From the human T2T-CHM13v2.0 reference genome, Homo sapiens, in assembly GCF_009914755.1 (NCBI RefSeq), contig NC_060927.1: 64,000 nucleotides of DNA; one strand, 5' to 3'. A program made the translations under genes and the position numbers. Shown one piece after another: positions 61,516 to 64,000 of the stretch. Position 1 is the first letter of the stretch; every line of letters begins with the position of its first letter. The notes under the pieces are model-generated. The model did no database searches, was not told the origin of the DNA, and saw nothing but the letters and a program-made list of their open reading frames with translations.

Positions 61516-62214
61516 TACTGGCTTTGCATTTTTATTTAAGTACATGTGGACTTAGACGTTGAGATGGTTGTTTTTGACTGTTCTGTTTCCAAGTTTTAAA
61601 GGTGCAGGATCTGTTCACCCAGTGCCACCACACCAGCATTCTAGCATCCTTGGGCCGGGCACGTGATGAGCCTTTGGTGTGTTTCGTGACCAGCGAACTT
61701 TTATAGCGTCGCTGCCGCCACGGCTTTCGAGACTGGTCTGGCTCAGGTCTGGTAGCTGACTTCAGGACCCAGGCCAGGACGGTGACCGAGGCCCTGCCCC
61801 TGAGAAGGTGATGAGCTCTGGCTCTTGGGGCGCAGACAGAGCAGCATGCCAGCCAGCTCTGCTCCTTAGCATGAAGCGAGAAGCAACGTGAGCTTTTGTT
61901 GCTGAAGGGGTTACCCGTAGCTGGCACAGCCACAGGCTCAAAGCTGGGGAAGATGGCCCAGAAAGAAATGATAAAAGGAAGACAAACCAACAACAACAAC
62001 AAAACAAAACAAAAGTCCTCCCACCTGGAGGGCCCTGGCTTCCCACAGGAGAACCGATACTGCACATTTAAAACAACTCCTTGGTTTTCATTCTTTTCTT
62101 TTTAGCTGCACACCTAAGAGCTTGCATGGCTTACATGAAATGCTTTGGAAAAATTGTAACAATGTGCTTGAGCTTTTCCTGCAGCCTCCATTCCTTTCAC
62201 CTCTCAGTCTTTCA

Positions 62215-62257
62215 GAATATTCTGAAGCAATTCTGTTTTAGGGTGGTGGCATGGAAT
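62215..62257 (+). promoter_or_regulatory. Probable editing-site complementary sequence (ECS) for ADAR2 editing of the Cav1.3 IQ exon
   Basis: GAATATTCTGAAGCAATTCTGTTTTAGGGTGGTGGCATGGAAT pairs ungapped (38 of 43 positions incl. G-U) with my recalled exon-41 sequence GTTCTATGCCACTTTCCTGATACAGGACTACTTTAGGAAATTC, which is outside the window. Confidence 0.8.
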
Positions 62258-64000
62258 CAGAGTTATCTCTTGCCAACTGTATTCCCCTACGTTGTTTCTT
62301 TAAATACAGATGCATGCTTCAGAATAGTGGGCTATGTCTGTCTATGTAAACCTTCCCCCTGCGAGCTGAGGACCCCGCTCCTCCCTCGCTCCACCTCACA
62401 TCTCTCTTGGAACGCCACCTTCATCACAACCAGCCAGACTCCCACATTGATGCCCATCCTCGTGAAATGCCCTCGGAGGGTGTCATTTGCATTAGTGTGA
62501 AACTTCATTTCTTTTCATTTTACCAAAAGAAAAGTCCAGAATTTAGCTCTCCATCGAAGCTCCCTTCCTTTGAAAAGCTGATCAACTTTTAGCTTTATCA
62601 GACTTCTAGTAGAGTAGAAATCTTCTTCTTTCTTGGTCCAATAACTGGACCTCGCCTTTTCTCTCTATTTCTTAAAATGGATTGGAGTTTAGGATGACAG
62701 GTTTTAATCTATTCCACAACGGCAGCGAGAGGCAGTGTGAGGCACAAGAAGAGAGAAGTGGGGCCTTAGGAGGGATGCAAGGCTTTGCAAGCTCCCTGCC
62801 TGTGTTGAGTGATGTGCCCAGTGCAGGGCTTATCCGGGCTGAATCTCATGTGAGTGCTGTGGCCACGAAGGAAGTTCCGAAGGCAGTGGCCATCAGGCTT
62901 TGGTGCATAGACTCTGGAAGAGTTGCCGGACAGGGCTTGGTTCTCCACATTCATCATTTGTCTGTCTTTCCTCTTTTATCCTTCAGTAGGCCCATGTCCC
63001 CAACCTTTCCTGCATCACAGCATACTTAGAAAAGGATATTTGCATACCCCTCTGGGAACAGATGTGGAGTTCTTGAGGCTGAGGGCCTCAGCATCCCCTA
63101 CACCATCACCTGGTCAAGAAGCAGGAGACTGAGTAAGGCCAGCCTCCACTCCAAGTGGCTGGGACTGGCAGATGTGGGGTGCTCAGGAAGCCCCTTTTAG
63201 CCCTGGTGATAGAACTGAGTCAGATGCTTGTCTTGGGTGGCTTTGCTAGTGTGCTGTGAGGTGTGGCCTGGCTCCTCATGAGCCTGATGATGAGATCAGG
63301 AATGAGCTGTGGATCTGTGGATACATGTCAGGCTTGCTTCACTCCCAGTGGCCCGGGGGTCTCCGCTGCCCCCTCACCATCAGTGCTGAGCCGCCTCATC
63401 TCTGCCTCTCAGCTCAGGTTCTCACCTCTGCTCTTCAGCCTTCCCGTGCCATCTTGTGGGTCCTTTCCCTTCATTTCAGAAGCTCTCTCTCCTCCCCAGG
63501 ACTCTCCTCCATCCATGACCTGGATCCTTTGCTCCTTTGCCCTGAAGAGCACACTGAGCTGCCTCCATTGCCTTCTTTTCAGTCCGGAGCCCAGATGGCC
63601 TCCTTGTATTCATTCCTTCTCTTCCTTCCTGTTCTGTCCTGCTGTAGCTTTGACTTTTCTTGTTCTTAGGAACTCTTCCTTGGGCCCAGTCTCCTAATTA
63701 GCACAGTGTCTCAATGGAGAAGACGAAGTGACCCTTGAGTTCTCTCCTGCAGAGCTCTGGGTGGGTCTGCCTCTACTCTGGAGGCTGAAGGGAGATCAGA
63801 GTTAGGCCTGTATTTGCTAGAAGCATCAGGGTGGAATGGGGTGTGGGTCTTCTTCAGGTAGAGCCAGGGCGTTTTCTGGGCCCCACAGAGAAGACACAGA
63901 GCCCTGGAATATAGAGGAAGGCTGTGGCATGGCAGGCCACCAGAGACTCTCCCTGGGGTCCCTGGAGTCATTAGCCAGACAACAGCGTGTCCACTTTTTG

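Noticed and set aside
61532-62065. 177-aa minus-strand ORF in intron 40
   Set aside because: No recognisable protein features; its length is compatible with chance in 64 kb of six-frame sequence

Overview
Human (Alu-rich primate) genomic DNA lying wholly inside CACNA1D, the L-type voltage-gated calcium channel Cav1.3 alpha-1D gene, on the + strand. About 30 exons with GT-AG boundaries and consistent phases join into a continuous reading frame. It runs from the end of the I-II loop ([10 protein letters not shown]...) through repeats II, III and IV to the pre-IQ C-terminus (...DQVVPPAG). In the numbering where the IQ exon is 41, these are exons 13-40; the IQ exon itself lies beyond the right edge. 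Introns carry Alu, L1, MIR, MER2/MER5/MER20 and MLT2 relics plus simple repeats. The other ORF-track entries are intronic noise. The interesting signal is RNA-level regulation: (i) a U12-type GT-AG intron; (ii) a NAGNAG acceptor; (iii) two pairs of duplicated mutually exclusive transmembrane exons (IIIS2, IVS3) with hairpins over their splice donors; (iv) an intact 30-nt microexon (IFVDQKERTF) at the position of the chicken hair-cell exon 30a; and (v) three separate intron-40 elements complementary to the ADAR2-edited IQ exon. One of the three fits the described editing-site complementary sequence; the other two are possible competitors. Point (v) depends on my recalled sequence of the out-of-window exon 41.
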